The position numbers and the translations under genes were made by a program. From the human T2T-CHM13v2.0 reference genome, Homo sapiens, in NCBI RefSeq assembly GCF_009914755.1, contig NC_060928.1: a stretch of 64,000 bases of DNA. One strand, 5' to 3'. Below the pieces are notes generated by a model. It was not told the origin of the DNA and searched no databases. It worked only from the letters and a program-made list of their open reading frames with translations. The first letter of the stretch is position 1, and every line of letters begins with the position of its first letter. Shown here in pieces: positions 62,874-64,000 of this stretch.

Positions 62874-64000
62874 CATTCTCAGAAACTTGTTTGTGATGTG
62901 TGTATTCAACTAACAGAGTTGAACTTTTGTTTTTACAGAGCCGTTTTAAAACACTCTTTTGTGGAATCAGAAAGTGGATATTCGGATGGCTCTGAGGATT
63001 TCGTTGGAAGCGGGATTACATATAAAATCTAGAGAGAAGCATTCTCAGGAACTTCTTTGTGATGTTTGCATTGAAGTCACAGAATTGAACATTCACTTTG
63101 ATAGAGCAGGTTTGAAACACTCATTCTGTAGTATCTGGAAGTGGACATTTCAAGCGCTTTCAGGCCTATGGTGAGAAAGGAAATATCTTCGAATAAAAAC
63201 TAGACAGAAGCATCCTCAGAAACTTATTTGTGATGTGTGTCCTCAACTAACAGAGTTGAAACTTTGTTTTGATACAGCATTTTGGAAACACTCTTTTTGT
63301 AGAATCTGCAGGTGGATATTTGGATAGCTTAGAGGGATTGGTTGGAAAGGGGATATCTTCATATAAAATCTAGACAGAAGCATTCTCAGAAACTTATTTG
63401 TGATGTGTGTCCTCAACTAACAGAGTTGAACCTTGGTTTTGATACAGCATTTTGGAAACACTCCTTTTGTAGAATCTGCAGGTGGATATGTGGATAGCTC
63501 TGAAGATTTCGTTGGAAACGGGAATTTCTTCATATAAAATCAAACAGAAGCATTCTCAGAAACTTCTCAGTGATGTTTGCATTCAGCTCATGGAGTTGAA
63601 CACTTCCTTTCATAGAGCCGGTTTGAAACACTCTTTCTGCACTACCTGGAAGAGGACATTTCGAGCGCTTTGACTCCTATGGTGAAAAAGGAAATATCTT
63701 CTCATAAAAACCAGAAAGAAGCATTCTCAGAAACTTTTTGTGTTGTGTGTACTCATGTAACAGTGTTGAACCTTCCTTTTGACACAGCAGTTTTGAAACA
63801 CTCTTTTGGTAGAATCTGCAAGTGGATATTTGGATAGCTTTGAGGATTTCGTTGGAAACGGGTTATCTTCATATAAAATCCAGACAGGAGCATTCTCAGA
63901 AACTTCTTTGTGCTGCATGTCCTCAATTCACAGAGCTGAACCTTTGTTTGGATACAGCATTTTGGAAACATTCCTTTAGTAGAATCTGCAAGTTGATATT
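62874..64000 (+). repeat. Partial 15-mer-type variant, truncated by the window end
   Basis: m1-5, then m6/m10 fusion and m11. Carries GACTCC and the AAACTTTTTG deletion seen in the unit at 58283. Confidence 0.88.

Larger units (their letters stand above)
1..64000 (+). repeat. Centromeric alpha-satellite higher-order repeat array (19-mer, 3232 bp, with structural variants); probably human chr4 D4Z1 / S2C4H1L
   Basis: Continuous head-to-tail ~171-bp monomers starting CATTCTCAGAAACT, with CENP-B boxes (TTTCGTTGGAAACGGGA) or pJalpha-type boxes (CTATGGTGAAAAAGGAA) at the same position. Identical marker ORFs recur at exactly 3232 bp (31092, 34324, 37556, 40788, 44020, 47252). Alpha satellite is certain; the chr4 call is inferred from the 19-mer/3.2-kb and 15-mer/2.55-kb units (about 0.8 confidence). 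Confidence 0.99.

Noticed and set aside
62951-62960. Singleton 1-bp deletions in T runs (here and near 24165)
   Set aside because: Homopolymer indels seen once cannot be told apart from sequencing or consensus error.
19-63971. Many short ORFs (61-129 aa) on both strands, recurring almost identically
   Set aside because: They are chance open frames in satellite monomers. Many begin at GTG/TTG, overlap on both strands, follow the HOR period and resemble no protein family I recognise. I used them only as positional markers.
1-64000. CRISPR-like pattern of a conserved motif recurring at regular spacing
   Set aside because: The intervening sequences are homologous monomer bodies rather than unique spacers, and there are no cas genes.
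1-64000. Possible transposon insertion (L1/Alu), inversion or non-satellite island
   Set aside because: Every interval between markers is explained by whole numbers of monomers within 1 bp. All boxes face the same way, and I saw no poly(A) tail or target-site duplication.

Overview
The whole 64 kb is one uninterrupted, single-orientation primate centromeric alpha-satellite array of 166-172 bp monomers carrying CENP-B boxes. It is organised as a 3232-bp, 19-monomer higher-order repeat (HOR). Size and dimer-derived A/B structure fit the active human chromosome 4 array (D4Z1 / S2C4H1L); that assignment is recalled, not searched. I see no genes, RNA genes, transposon insertions or inversions, and the listed ORFs are chance products of the repeat. 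I numbered monomers m1-m19 from position 118 (my own numbering) and parsed 22 complete units: 19-6-19-7-19-18-19-19-18-23-15-19-19-19-19-19-15-19-19*-12-15-12, then a partial 15. The interest lies in array evolution. There is a hidden 5+7+7 substructure with a chimeric monomer, and deletion or duplication variants that break between paralogous monomers. The 15-mer has two different junctions, one unit carries a length-neutral 3-monomer replacement, and a 12+15 pair is duplicated. CENP-B boxes show a fixed intact/broken pattern, and local SNP haplotypes include CpG losses. I found no evidence of a new coding or defence-type system.
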